53,851 bases of DNA, filler included, from Bipalium vagum (GCA_037834085.1; 3 parts of 3 records of this genome joined end to end with filler, not necessarily neighbours in it); one strand, 5' to 3'; positions 1-11,509 are shown, counted from the whole stretch's first letter. Numbers and translations are program-made. Notes: generated from the sequence alone by a model not told the origin.

Positions 1-542
1 CTATTAAACATTGTCATATTTCTACTTCAGTGATAGTTAACATGATTGTGCTCTTTCCAATTTTATTTTAATCAAAAAACTTTTTTGTGCTAATTTGTGT
101 ACCTTATTTTTCACCAACCACCACAACCCAACCCTTTGAAAATATCAAAAATCTGATTTCATAGATCGATTCAGCATAGTCGAAAACATCAAAGTTTCAA
201 CTAAACCTTCATCAGAGACTTTTAAGGGTTTAAAAAGGTTTTATACAATGAGAAATATTATCCAACATTCAATCTGCAATATCTTTTGAACCAATTATTC
301 ATTTTTAATGGTTTATACATCAAATTAAACCTTTTATCTTCCACTATTTTTTAAACAGATATAGTTCTTTCTTGTAAATGTCTAAGACCTTTCAAGATAT
401 TCAACCCTTTATAACTTTTGATCTAATTAACCGATTTTGATGTTCTATATATCAAATTAAAGATAATCTAATTCTCTATCATATTACACATGTTTTAAGG
501 AAAATAAATATAAAAATAAAATTTTAATTTTTTCTTTAAAAA

Positions 543-1093
543 ATGACTGATATAACCGAAGAAAAATTACAAAACATTATTGAAATAGGAAAATCAAAAT
601 ACATTACTTTAAATGGAGAAAATTATTGTATCCAAAAAAATAAAAAAATGAATTAAATAAAAAGGTTGAAGAGAAAAGAGAATGTGGAGTACTTCCATTA
701 ATTCCAATTTTAGGTGCAATATTTGCAGGATTAGGTGCTGCTGATGGTGTAGCCGGAGGAGTTGCAACTGCAGTGCAAAAAGCAAAAGAAGCACAAAACA
801 CGGATTTAGAAAAAAAGAAGTTAGAAATCGAAAATGAAAAACTTAAATCAAAAGAAGTAACATCTGGCGTGGGATTATATTATGACCCACCTAAAGGTGG
901 TGGACTTATGTACGACCCTTATTTTTGAAAGGGGTTAAGAGATTCAATTTTAAATAGTTTAGAATATAGAAATTTAAGTAAATCAGATAGAAAAGAATTA
1001 AAAGAGTTATTACAAAAGATGTCTAAAAATAAAATTAAAATAATTAAGTAAGGGAGTGGTTTATATTTTGACCCTTACGAAAAAAATAAATAA
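543..1093 (+). pseudogene. Polinton/adintovirus membrane-active core protein (cupiennin-like / adenovirus pX-pVI-like), disrupted
   Basis: Manual translation: MTDITEEK...[frameshift ~640]...EKRECGVLPLIPILGAIFAGLGAADGVAGGVATAVQKAKE...SGVGLYYDPPKGGGLMYDPYF*KGL...K*GSGLYFDPYEKNK*. In-frame stops at 926-928 and 1049-1051. An (x)G-VLPLIP amphipathic helix plus GxGLY.P repeats is typical of Polinton proteins encoded next to the protease. Confidence 0.7.
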
Positions 1094-1210
1094 ACGCAGT
1101 GAAGGTGTTAGAGCCGAAGACTCGCTTTCCCAACTCAAAAATACTTCTAACATTTTTTTTCCTAATATAAAAATTTCTAAAAATTATTTTTCCAATTTTA
1201 TTTTAAGAAA

Positions 1211-1705
1211 ATGATAGAAGAAATAATGGAATTCTTTTGTAAATATGGTATAAATACAACTACAAAAATTGATTTAATTAATATTGCAAAAGATTTAGAT
1301 ATGCCTTTAAAACTTTTCATGAAAGATGAGGAAATTACATTAAAACATATTAATTCTGATATTCCTTTAATAATTGAACTTCAAAATTTGAAAGAAGAAG
1401 AAATCCATTGGCTTGGATATTATAGTTGTGTTTATTTTGACTCTTATGGTTTACTGCCTTCAAGTATGTTACTTGAAAGTATAAAAGTATATGAACGAAC
1501 TATAGTATTTAATAAATTAGATTTTCAAAGTGAAATGGATTTGTTGTATAGTGAACAACTAACTTTATATGTTTTATATCAAATTTATAAAGAAGTTCCA
1601 TTTAATAATTATTGTTCGTGTAAGCAAAATGAGAGCTTTATAGAAATTTTAGAAGCATTACAACATGTTACTTTAGAAAAAATTTTAAAAATTAAATTTT
1701 ATTAA
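1211..1705 (+). CDS. Adenain-like (clan CE) cysteine protease homolog, predicted inactive (catalytic Cys replaced by Ser)
   Basis: Intact 164-aa ORF with IHW (His codon 1406-1408), YFDSYG and FQ motifs. The nucleophile position reads YSEQ (AGT at 1550-1552), where the neighbouring paralog reads YCGQ. Confidence 0.8.
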   Translation: MIEEIMEFFCKYGINTTTKIDLINIAKDLDMPLKLFMKDEEITLKHINSDIPLIIELQNLKEEEIHWLGYYSCVYFDSYGLLPSSMLLESIKVYERTIVFNKLDFQSEMDLLYSEQLTLYVLYQIYKEVPFNNYCSCKQNESFIEILEALQHVTLEKILKIKFY

Positions 1706-1709
1706 AAAA

Positions 1710-2201
1710 ATGAGTTGATTTCAGATTGTAAAAACAAATACATTACTGTACATTACTAGAGTTTTTATGTAAATATATAATTAACTCAACTTCAAATTTT
1801 GATTTAATTGATATTGCTGAAGACTTAGAAATGCCCTTAAAAGTTTTCATGAAAGATGTAACAGAAAAAAGAATAAAATCTGAAGTTCCATTAATTATTA
1901 ATTATCAAAATAAAAATCAAAAAGGAATTCATTGGGTTGGTTATTATAATGAATACTATTTTGATTCTTACGGTTTACCACCACTTGAAGATTAAGAAAA
2001 CATGTAAAAGAGTATAATAAAATTGACTATCAATCGAATATTGATATACAATATTGTGGACAATTAACTTTATATGTCTTGTACCGGTTTTTTAATAAAA
2101 AGAAGATTGAGGATAATGAAGTAAAACGTCATGAGAGCTTTGCTCACATTTTTAATGAGTTAAAATATGTTCTTCTAGAAAAATTTAAACTACAAAAATG
2201 A
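1710..2201 (+). pseudogene. Second adenain-like cysteine protease with intact catalytic motifs, frameshifted
   Basis: LLEFLCKY...KGIHWVGYYNEYYFDSYGLPPLED / 1-nt frameshift at ~1992 / RKHVKEYNKIDYQSNIDIQYCGQLTLYVL...KFKLQK*. His codon 1930-1932, Cys codon 2055-2057. The 5' end is also disrupted. About 60% identical to the upstream copy over the N-terminal ~78 aa (hand count). Confidence 0.85.
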
Positions 2202-2548
2202 GTAATAATTTTACATATTTTAAAACTCCCTATTTTTATAATGATTATAAAAATAAAAATAATAAAATAAAAGAAGAAATAACTTTTATTCAAACTGAAT
2301 CAGAAAATAAATTTTTAAATGTTACTGGTGATGCTATGATAGGAGGTATAAATATGAATAATAACAAAATAATAAATGTAACAGATCCAATAAATTATAA
2401 TGACGTTGTAAATTTAAAATATGTGAAACAAATTAGAAAAGATTTATTAAATGAAATTAGTGTAAATAGAATGTTAATTAGAACAAATAATTCTCTTTTA
2501 TTTAATATTAAAAGTCAATTAAAATCATATGAAGAAGAAAAAAAATAA
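2198..2548 (+). CDS. Putative viral fibre/spike-like protein (G-D-x-M-x-G...I-x-N-V...P...D-V-V-N-x-x-Y-V motif plus coiled coil)
   Basis: FLNVTGDAMIGGINMNNNKIINVTDPINYNDVVNLKYV resembles the trimeric neck/stalk motif of phage tail fibres and YadA-type adhesins. Its ATG overlaps the protease stop (ATGA). Confidence 0.55.
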   Translation: MSNNFTYFKTPYFYNDYKNKNNKIKEEITFIQTESENKFLNVTGDAMIGGINMNNNKIINVTDPINYNDVVNLKYVKQIRKDLLNEISVNRMLIRTNNSLLFNIKSQLKSYEEEKK

Positions 2549-2874
2549 AATAAAAAAATAAAAATAAAAATTGAAATAGAAATTACATAATATAATTCTA
2601 AAGAAGGTCCAAAAATTTTGAAAGAATTAGAAAGTAATCCTGAATTAAAATTTTCTAAATTTAACAAATATTTTATAACATTTCTCGAGTCTCTAAAAAT
2701 GGCAACTTGATTTAAAAAAATCAAATTCAAAAGATTTTAAAACCATTGAAAGTAATAACAAATTTTTAAATGATACTATCACAAAAATAACACATGATAA
2801 TGAAGACCTTCATAAATTAATAAATAATATTAAAATAAAATTTTAAAATATTTTAAATAATTATTACAAGAAGT

Positions 2875-3123
2875 TGTCAAATAACTATTCACTGACCGCT
2901 GACAATGAGTACCGGGGCCATTTGGTATACCTTACCGGTTTGCCTAAAACAACCCAGCAGGACAACACCCAGCTTAAAATCCTGACCCATTATAAATATC
3001 ATCAGTAAAAAAATCAGCAAAAAATAAATGAGCTTCTGATATTTTTGTTCAAAACCAATAATCGAATAATAAGAATCAATAACTCAATGATTAGAACCAA
3101 TAATTAGACAATCTATTCTGACA
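2875..3123 (+). mobile_element. Possible solo LTR or small TIR element
   Basis: Bounded by TGTCA...TGACA, with internal TATAAATA (~2991) and AATAAA (~3023). No target-site duplication found. Confidence 0.3.
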
Positions 3124-3944
3124 CTCTTGTTCATAAATAATAATTAAATTTTCAAATATTCTGGGATAATTCATAAAGGAATCTATTCGATATTTATATT
3201 GACAAGCTTATATTTGAAAATTTATTCCCCTTTAAACTCTAAATTGCGGACTTCGTGTAAATAAAGATATGATTTATTAATTTTCTTGATATTATTGATA
3301 ATATTATTATTTATTATAAAAAATATTTTGTTATTTCTCTCTAGTATTATTAACATGCGTGATGTAGTGCGAATTCTAAAAGTTAAGAATAATCGGTTCC
3401 TCATTTTTAATATGCACACATTATAATTGTTAAAGTAACTGATTTAATTCAAATTTTAACTATTAATAATTTAAGGATTAAAACAAAAAAATTTTATGAT
3501 AATAAAGTCTAAATGAAAGACAAAATGCCACTAATGAAAGAATTGTTAACATGTATCCAGATATCTCGAGTTGGTTACTTCCTGTTCCACTAAGATTTCA
3601 GCATGAACTTACAAAAGTGAGTCTTAATACACACTATGTGAAATCTTCTGGTGACGGAACTAATATGCGCAGACCAGGAACACTCTGACTCAGAAGAGAC
3701 CTTAGCCCTGCGGACACTCTAATAAAGTGACCGTCCGCTTTAAAGGAGAGTTCATGATCCCAACCTCAGCAGCCAGCATCGCGTCACTAAATCAATGTCA
3801 TCATCAACAACAACTTAGGACTAGGTCTCAAAATTCAATATAATAAAAAAATTGAAAAAATATTGTTCTACCATTTCATAAATTTATTTATGATTTCATA
3901 TTTAATAAATTTTAAGAACCAGCGTACACAATTTCGTATATATA

Positions 3945-4980
3945 CAGTTGTGAAAAAATAATTATAATTGTAAACTGTTGCTGAAATATATATTCATCGG
4001 TTTATTTTAAGCATAATAGTGAAAATATTTTTATAAAACCGAATGATATTAAATACTTCAAAATGATATTCATTAATAAGAAAATAACTAATATTTAGTT
4101 TTACCACCAGACACAGAACAGAAGGTGGTAACACGATCAATCATGGAAAAGTCTATATATCAAGTCTATTTGATATTGCGCATTGTTCATTTGCTCATTC
4201 CATGATTTTTTCAAGATTTGTAAGTAATTAATCACTGTCAGTTGGAATTTAATCATTTTTTCTTCAGACGTCAAGACATGCAAATGGTTTTCATATTTGG
4301 GCTCGTAGTAGACCATGGTAAAGCATTCAAGCCATTTTGTTAAAGAAATTCTTTGGTTGATCTAGGAAAATGCGGAAAAACGCTGTCTTGTTGAAAGAAT
4401 CTTTCAGTTCGTAGTAGAATATGACGAAGGATCAGGTCATTTTTAGCCGTATTGAATAGCCCATTGCACGCTGTACAGTTCATTAATGGATAAAGCACCC
4501 TAAATCACACAGTTGGTTTGACTTCGATTTTACTGCGCGGCAAGATATTTCTCAGCATATCCTTTTCCCACATGTCGACGAACACACTGTTCGTGACGGA
4601 TATTCATGGAAAAAGAACTCTCCTCACTAAATGCTACGCGTGACCAATCATCTATAATTCAGTGTTTATGTTTGGTCGCTCATTGATTTCCGTATTTTGT
4701 ATTTCAATTTTGCTTTTACAGATGATGTATAAGTTAGCAGTTCACTTGACATTAGTCTTCATTGAAATGTATTGGTTGAAGCATTATATAGAACAACCCT
4801 CGTATTTGTTCAGAGGTTGTGAAGCTGTCACTTTCACCAAGTTTCACAATGTGCACCTCATCACGAGAACTTTTTTTTCTTAGACTACGTTCAGGATAAT
4901 CATTGTCTGTCATCCGTTGACAGCATCTTGCAACTGTAATTCAGCTGTAAATAGTTTACGATTCTCTTGTAACATTTATT
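3945..4980 (-). mobile_element. Tc1-family DNA transposon remnant
   Basis: TA|CAGTTGTGAAAAAATA terminus at 3945. Minus-strand translation gives *ATKHKH*IIDDWSRVAFSEESSF...VRRHVG...VI*GA...FFQQDSVFPH...LPWSTTSPNM, which are degenerate Tc1 DDE motifs. Many stops; second TIR not found. Confidence 0.8.
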
Positions 4981-5858
4981 AATATAATTAATACAATAAT
5001 GCTAAAACAAAAATATCTCTATTAAAATATGTCATATAGCGAAGAAGTTTAGTGAAGATAGTATTTTAACAAAGGGAATCGTTGCATAATCTGCAACATT
5101 GAAATTCGAATCGATGAAATGACCAAGTTATAACGCTACCCGTCATATTGATAAAATCGAGTACTTTAAAAATAATGAATTTCAGTTGATTGCAAATCGA
5201 TAAAAATCTATTGGCAATTGTCTTCGTAATTCCAATTTAATAAATATTAAAAATGAAATTACCGATAAATAAAAAAGAAATGAATTAAATATTTTAGTGA
5301 GGCCCATGTTCTAACTTTAAATTTTTAAAAAATTTATATATAACCAAACTTTTTGAATTTAATTTAGGTAACTTAAAATTTCTTAAATGAGACTAAAACA
5401 TTATTATTTAGTTTAATTTTTAGATATATCATTATTGTTCTTACAATGATATTATAAATACATTGGTTTAATTATGTTAAAATTTCATGTAGTAATTAAA
5501 GCAATTTTAAGAGTACATCAACAGAGATTTTATTAAATTCGTTTAATTTTAATTTTCATTAGTAGATATAACAATTTTGTTTTAATTAAATAAAATTTTA
5601 AGTTAATTTTTCATTAATACAATTTTAGGTATGTTGTTAAAGTACAAATATATATTTATAACATATTAAATAATTGAAAATTTTGATACAATTTTGAATC
5701 AAATATTTGCTTTTTTAATAATTATAAGATATCTTAACAATGCAATTAAGTCGACACTAATGAAACAAAGATTCTTTTTTTTAATACTTTTAATTTAAAA
5801 CGTAAAGATACAAAGTAATAAATATCCTTAATTTTAGGTCATATTTTGTTGAGTTCTT

Positions 5859-8800
5859 ATGAACAATATTAATGTAAGTATTTTTCATTATATATTAACA
5901 GGGACATGTCTTCATTTATGTTAGAGATATTCTACTGGATATTCTAATTATTGTGATAATCAAACTCCAGGTCTATATAAAAAATTTACATATCCTCAAA
6001 GTACCTATAGCGATTATTATGATGTATATAATTCCAATCAAAGTCCGTGCGCTTCATCAACAAGCTCATCGAAGGTTTTGATTTTTAGATTGATTCATAG
6101 ATTTTAAAAACTACCGAAATCAGAAAAGAAAGAAAGAAAAACGCACATATTATCATTCAGATGATAATTCTGATGTTGAAGTCAGGAAAAAACCGAGAAA
6201 TGGAATATTAAACGAATCATTAAAACCAGAAATGTGAGTATTTCTTACGTTTATCTAAACATTTTCTCACAATGAATTGTAATTTTACCAAACTATTTGG
6301 TTTCAGTACAGAGGAATTCGATACCATAGAAGATGTGCTCGACACCCGCCTTGGTCATCCTGGTGAAACGGGAGATGAGACGACAATATACAATTCAATT
6401 TACAATACTAATTTGTCAGAAACAACTAAGGGTACTGAACAGCAGTATTTAATTAAGTGGAAAAATTGGAGTTATGTTCACGCTACTTGGGAATCAGAAG
6501 CAAGTCTCAAAGCTCGCGGGCGAGTCGAAGGAAAGAAGAAGCTTGACAAATACATACAGTCTTTCCGAGAGATGGAGCGTTACAAGAATTCTTGCAGCCC
6601 CGACGAACTTGAACGACGATTGTTTGCTGAGGAACAAATTCGCGAAATGAACTATCAGAAAATGCAAATAGACAGAGTTATTCACCACCAGTACGACAAG
6701 GTGGGTAACCTGGAATATTTCATCAAATGGAAATCGTTGGACTACAAATACGTAACTGCTGAATCAGCCGAAAGTGTGGTGGAACCATTGTTCAAAAATG
6801 CAATTATTGAATACAAACACAATTTGCAGAGTGACAAAGTACCAAACAATGATAATCCATATTTGAGGCGTCGACCGGTTTTTACTCCATTATCGAAAAA
6901 TTTCACGTTTGGTTTACCGACAAGTCGTTTATGTTTAAGGGATTATCAGGAGATTGGTGTCAATTGGATGTTGAAACTGTGGACAATTGGACACAATGGT
7001 ATTTTGGCCGATGAAATGGGATTGGGGAAAACAGTCCAAATCGTCGCGTTCATCAGTTCTCTCTTTCGAAGATACGAAATATTCGGGCCATATTTATTGA
7101 TTGTGCCATTGAGTACTATTGACAATTGGAAAAAAGAATTCGAAACTTGGGCTCCAGAAATATATACTGTCGTATATACAGGTGATATTGCATCTCGGGA
7201 AATTATTCGAAAGTATGAATGGTTTCAACCAAATAGCAAGCAATTGAAATTCAATACACTCCTAACAACTTACGAGATCGCAATGAACGACAAATCGTTA
7301 CTAAGTAACATTTACTGGACTTTCCTTGGTGTTGATGAAGCTCATCGGTTAAAAAGTGCTGATTCTAAATTATATAAGACAATTTATCCGTTTCGCACGA
7401 ATTGTCGGTTTCTTATCACCGGAACACCTTTGCAAAACAATATTAAAGAATTGTGGTCTTTGTTACATTTTATAATGCCCACAACGTTTGCGTCTTTTGA
7501 ATTTTTTGAAGAACAATTCGGTAACACAGGAAACGAAACTTTGTGCAATGAAAAACTCGCCAACCTGCGAGAAGCGATCGCTCCATATATTATTCGAAGG
7601 GAGAAAAAGGACGTAGAAAAATCATTGCCAGCAAAATCTGAGCAGATTTTGCGAATCAATATGTCCCATAAACAGAAAGAACTGTATCGATTGATTTTAG
7701 CGAAAAATTTCGATTCCCTTCTTGCAGAAACCAACAAAAGGACCATTTTTAAAAATGTGATCGTTGAACTGAAAAAGTGCTGCAATCACGTTGAATTGAT
7801 CAGCGAGAAATTGAAAACATTGCACACTCCTCTGGAACGACAGGATTATCTCACCAAATCCAGCGGAAAAATGATTGTGCTGGACAAGTTGTTGACCCAC
7901 TTGAAATCGGAAAACCACCGAGTTCTGATTTTCAGTCAAATGGTTCGCATGTTGGACATTTTGGATGATTACTTGTGTCTGAAAGGTTGGGGATTCCAAC
8001 GATTGGATGGCAGTCGTTCGTCTGTGATGCGCAATGAAGCAATAAAGAATTTCAACGCTCCAAATTCAACGGATTTCTGTTTCCTGTTGTCCACTCGTGC
8101 CGGTGGCTTGGGCATCAATTTGACAACGGCTGACACAGTCATCATATTCGACAGCGATTGGAATCCTCATGCTGATATACAGGCAATGGCTCGAGCACAC
8201 AGAATTGGACAGACCAAACAGGTTTCTATATATCGATTTGTGATCAAGAATTCTGTAGAGGAAAAAATCATAGAACGGGCCAAAAGAAAAATGGTTTTGG
8301 ATCATTTGATTATCCAACGAATGGAAGCCAATGGAATCAGCTCGAAGAACACCAAGTCGAAATTGGAAGCCGATGATTTTGAGGCAATTCTGAGATTCAG
8401 TGCTCAAGAAATTTTCAAAGAGTGCGACGACAGTGATGATACAGATTTCAATTTGCAGACCATTCTCAAACAAGCAGAAGTTCGCGACCAAGACACGTCA
8501 AGTAGTGCCACGAACGCTTTTTTATCGTCTTTCAAAGTCATATCATTGGACACGGATAACATGGAAATGCCAGCGGAAATCGCTACAGAAGCTGAAGCCA
8601 AAACGTGGTCAGAGTTGATTCCCAAAAAGTATATCGATACCATAAATAAAAACCGAGGTGACATTAACGCCATTATTGATATGATGCCGAAAAAACAGCA
8701 ACATTTCGAAGCGAACAATGTGAAAAACCATTTGATCAAATCCAATTCCATTCCATTGATTAGTGGACGATTGAACAAAATCGAAACAAGAAAACTGGTG

Positions 8801-11509
8801 ACAACAATTCAAAAGTTTGGCTGTCCTCAGAAGCGAATTGAAAAAATTCAGTCCGAAACCCAATTATTCAAGTTGACTGAAAATCAATTGTGTACCACTA
8901 TCATGGAAATAATCGACGGCTGTCGAAAAGTGGTTGCGGAAAACAATGATTCCGATGAACTAAGTAATTTGACTTATGAATATAATGGCCACGCGATAGC
9001 CGCAAAAACCCTTCTCACAAAAATCGATTCGCTCAATGAATTGCATATGATAATAACCCAATATTCGGAAGAGGAACGGTTCAGTCATCAGTTTATTACC
9101 AAAACCAAACCGACAAGCTGGAACTGCGAATGGACATGCGAAGATGATAATCGATTATTGGTTGGCGTTTTCGAGCACGGAATGTGCAGCTGGAAAGAAA
9201 TTAAATACGATCCAAGATTGAAATTGAAAAACAAAATTCTCAAGTCAGACAAATCAATTCTTCCCCAAGAGAAACATTTGAGTACTCGCGTACACTATCT
9301 TCTCGACGTGTTGACAAAGTGTAAACAGCCAATAAAACTGAAATTTAAGCTCGGTATTAACCTGAAAAAGTCGTCTTCGAACGCTGCCAGTGATATTGAA
9401 ACTGACAGTTACAAAAAAGAATCTGTAAAAGTTGCCAAATCGTTGAGTCCAAAAACGTCTTCAGATACCGAGAGCAGTTTGTCGTCTATATCACATAAAT
9501 CATCGAGTTCAGAATCTCAGATTAATGAATCTGTTGATTTGGACGATTTCAGAGACCATGAATTCACATCTTGTTACGGTACCATGTTCTTGGAAGTATG
9601 GTTTTTTGTTTGATCATCAATTTTTTATTTTTAAATTGGAATGTAATTGATTGGAATTTCCTGATCAAAATTGCTACATTTGATAACACAAACTATTGCT
9701 TTCAATGTGCTAAAATTAAACTTTAAAAATAAAATTTGTAATGATTTTCCAAAGGAAATCAAAAGGTATTTGGATTAGTTCCAAATCAATAAGATTTTGC
9801 TGATGGACCAATGAAAATAGCTTCAACCCACGTTTAATATTTCTGAAGCGTCATTTTATTCATTCAATCAAATAAAAAAACCCCAAAAGGGAAATTTTCT
9901 GTTATGTGAATTTAAATACGCTAAAAGATATTTTTCAGCTATGACCTTTTAAATCGTCTTTTAACATTTGTACCTTTGTTTATACATTTGTAAATTTTTT
10001 TTAACGTAAACTTATTATTTAAATTAAAATTCGTATTATTGATTGTTAAAGCTGTATTCTGGATATTTTGGATATATTTCTTATTAGATCGGAATTGTCC
10101 TCATAGATATTTTAATGAAAGTAGTGAAAAATAATATTTCCAATAATTTAAAAGAATTGTTTTCTTCACCAAAAATCTCTGTACCTTGGTTTCTTGAAAT
10201 GCAACATGTGTTTCCTTGGATTCTTTTTAATTTAATAATTTCTCCATACAAGAAAATCAATAAAAATTGTCATTTTTCGTTGATTTTTAGCATATTATAG
10301 TCAATTAAACATTAGAATGACGTTAGTGTTCTATTATTGTGGTAGAACAATTTCCGTGACGTATTAATTTCGGATACAGATAATGTTTGATTTCTAAATT
10401 GAATACTCTAAATTAAGTCCAAATCAAATATTTATTTTATTTATCAAATCAGTTACAAATTTCCATGTTAGCGTTATTAATGAAAAATAACAGTTTTTGT
10501 TTGGAAAGAAGACAAGTTTCGATTTATTATTGATCACTTTACAATATTATTTCTTTATTATTAATTAGAATTATTTTAATTGTTATTATTGACTTGTTCA
10601 TTTTGTAGTGTAAGTCATATTTGAAAGAATGTCGAAAGGAATTGGCAGCCGTGCAAAAAATTCTCACCAATAATCAGAAATCAGATGAGTATCAATACCT
10701 TGATTATAATATTATTAGAGTGGGCGATCGGATCAAATCAGTTGTGAATGATATCAAATCTGTTCAAAGATCACATTATTTTAGGTAAGGTTTACAAATT
10801 GAAATTTCAATATCTTTACCAAATTAAACTCAAATATTCGATAAAACTTGATTTTAACTTCTTGGAGCAATAGAGAAAAATATTGTATCACCACAACTAT
10901 TTCATTATATTTTTATCGGTTTTTCAAAAAGTATTGATTCATTAAAAAATCTGACAATTTGAATCAAGTGTGGAATAAATTGATAATCAGTATCTCCGTG
11001 CGTTCATAATATTTAAAGAGAAATGGACAGTGAAGTTGGAATGACTATTTTCAGATAATTAAATTGGAAATCTAACAGATGAAACTGTGTTTGTATGCCT
11101 GTTTAGAGGAAGGGAAGCAGTGACAATCGCAAAATCTGAACACTGGAGCAGTTCAAAATTTTCGATTGAACTCTGTGATCATAGAAAAATGCTTTTGCAT
11201 GACCGGCCACGCTCTGCAATCTAGAGAGTTCAGTGCATGTTTTGATTGACAGAAGATTGGAAATACGCAGAGCCTTTATTGTCACTATTATAGATTAAAT
11301 GTTAACACAATTGTGTTTAATTCACTCTTAAAATTATTGATTTATTATTTATTAAACATGTTTTTTAAATAAAACAAAGTATCGATATTATCATATTTCT
11401 TTTTTATTTTAGGTACTTATGGCATTTTGTAAAAATATTCTGTCCAAATTATTCGGCAACGGATCTGTTCAATATGTACAAAAAGGCCGCATCAAAAAAA
11501 GATTATTAA
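5859..11509 (+). CDS. CHD1: Chromodomain-helicase-DNA-binding protein 1/2 (CHD1-type SNF2 remodeler), spliced
   Basis: Exons 6101-6233, 6307-9595, 10609-10784, 11413-11509 (GT-AG, phases consistent). The 5' exons 5859-5873 and 5925-5970 are tentative. Tandem chromodomains (YLIKWKNWSYVHATWE, YFIKWKSL), ILADEMGLGKT, VDEAH, LLSTRAGGLGINL, QAMARAHRIGQ, a SANT-SLIDE-like DNA-binding region (WTCEDDNRLLVGVFEHG) and a C-terminal CHCT/DUF4208 domain (CKSYL...VGDRI...YLWHFV...MYKK). Confidence 0.95.

Larger units (their letters stand above)
543..2850 (+). mobile_element. Decayed endogenous Polinton/Maverick (adintovirus-like) fragment: virion maturation gene cluster
   Basis: Densely packed, intronless, co-directional ORFs: a GG-cleaved amphipathic protein, two adenain-type proteases, a fibre-motif protein and a further decayed ORF. 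ATGA stop/start overlap at 2198-2201. No pPolB, integrase, ATPase, capsid gene or TIR is visible in the window. Confidence 0.8.

Noticed and set aside
604-801. Minus-strand ORFs 604..801 and 609..794
   Set aside because: Antisense shadows of the disrupted + strand Polinton gene.
3550-3830. GC-enriched patch between the viral segment and the Tc1 relic
   Set aside because: No ORF, tRNA boxes or termini recognised; probably an unclassifiable repeat fragment.
6272-6306. ATG at 6272 as the CHD1 start
   Set aside because: It lies within the GTGAGT...TTTCAG intron 6234-6306. Likewise the ORF tail VWFFV* is intron read-through after the donor at 9596.
6494-8863. Several antisense or alternative-frame ORFs inside CHD1
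   Set aside because: Shadows of a long coding exon, with no motifs of their own.
11040-11070. ATGACTATTTTCAG resembling the U3 snoRNA 5' end
   Set aside because: Box A and the downstream B/C/D boxes are not recognisable.
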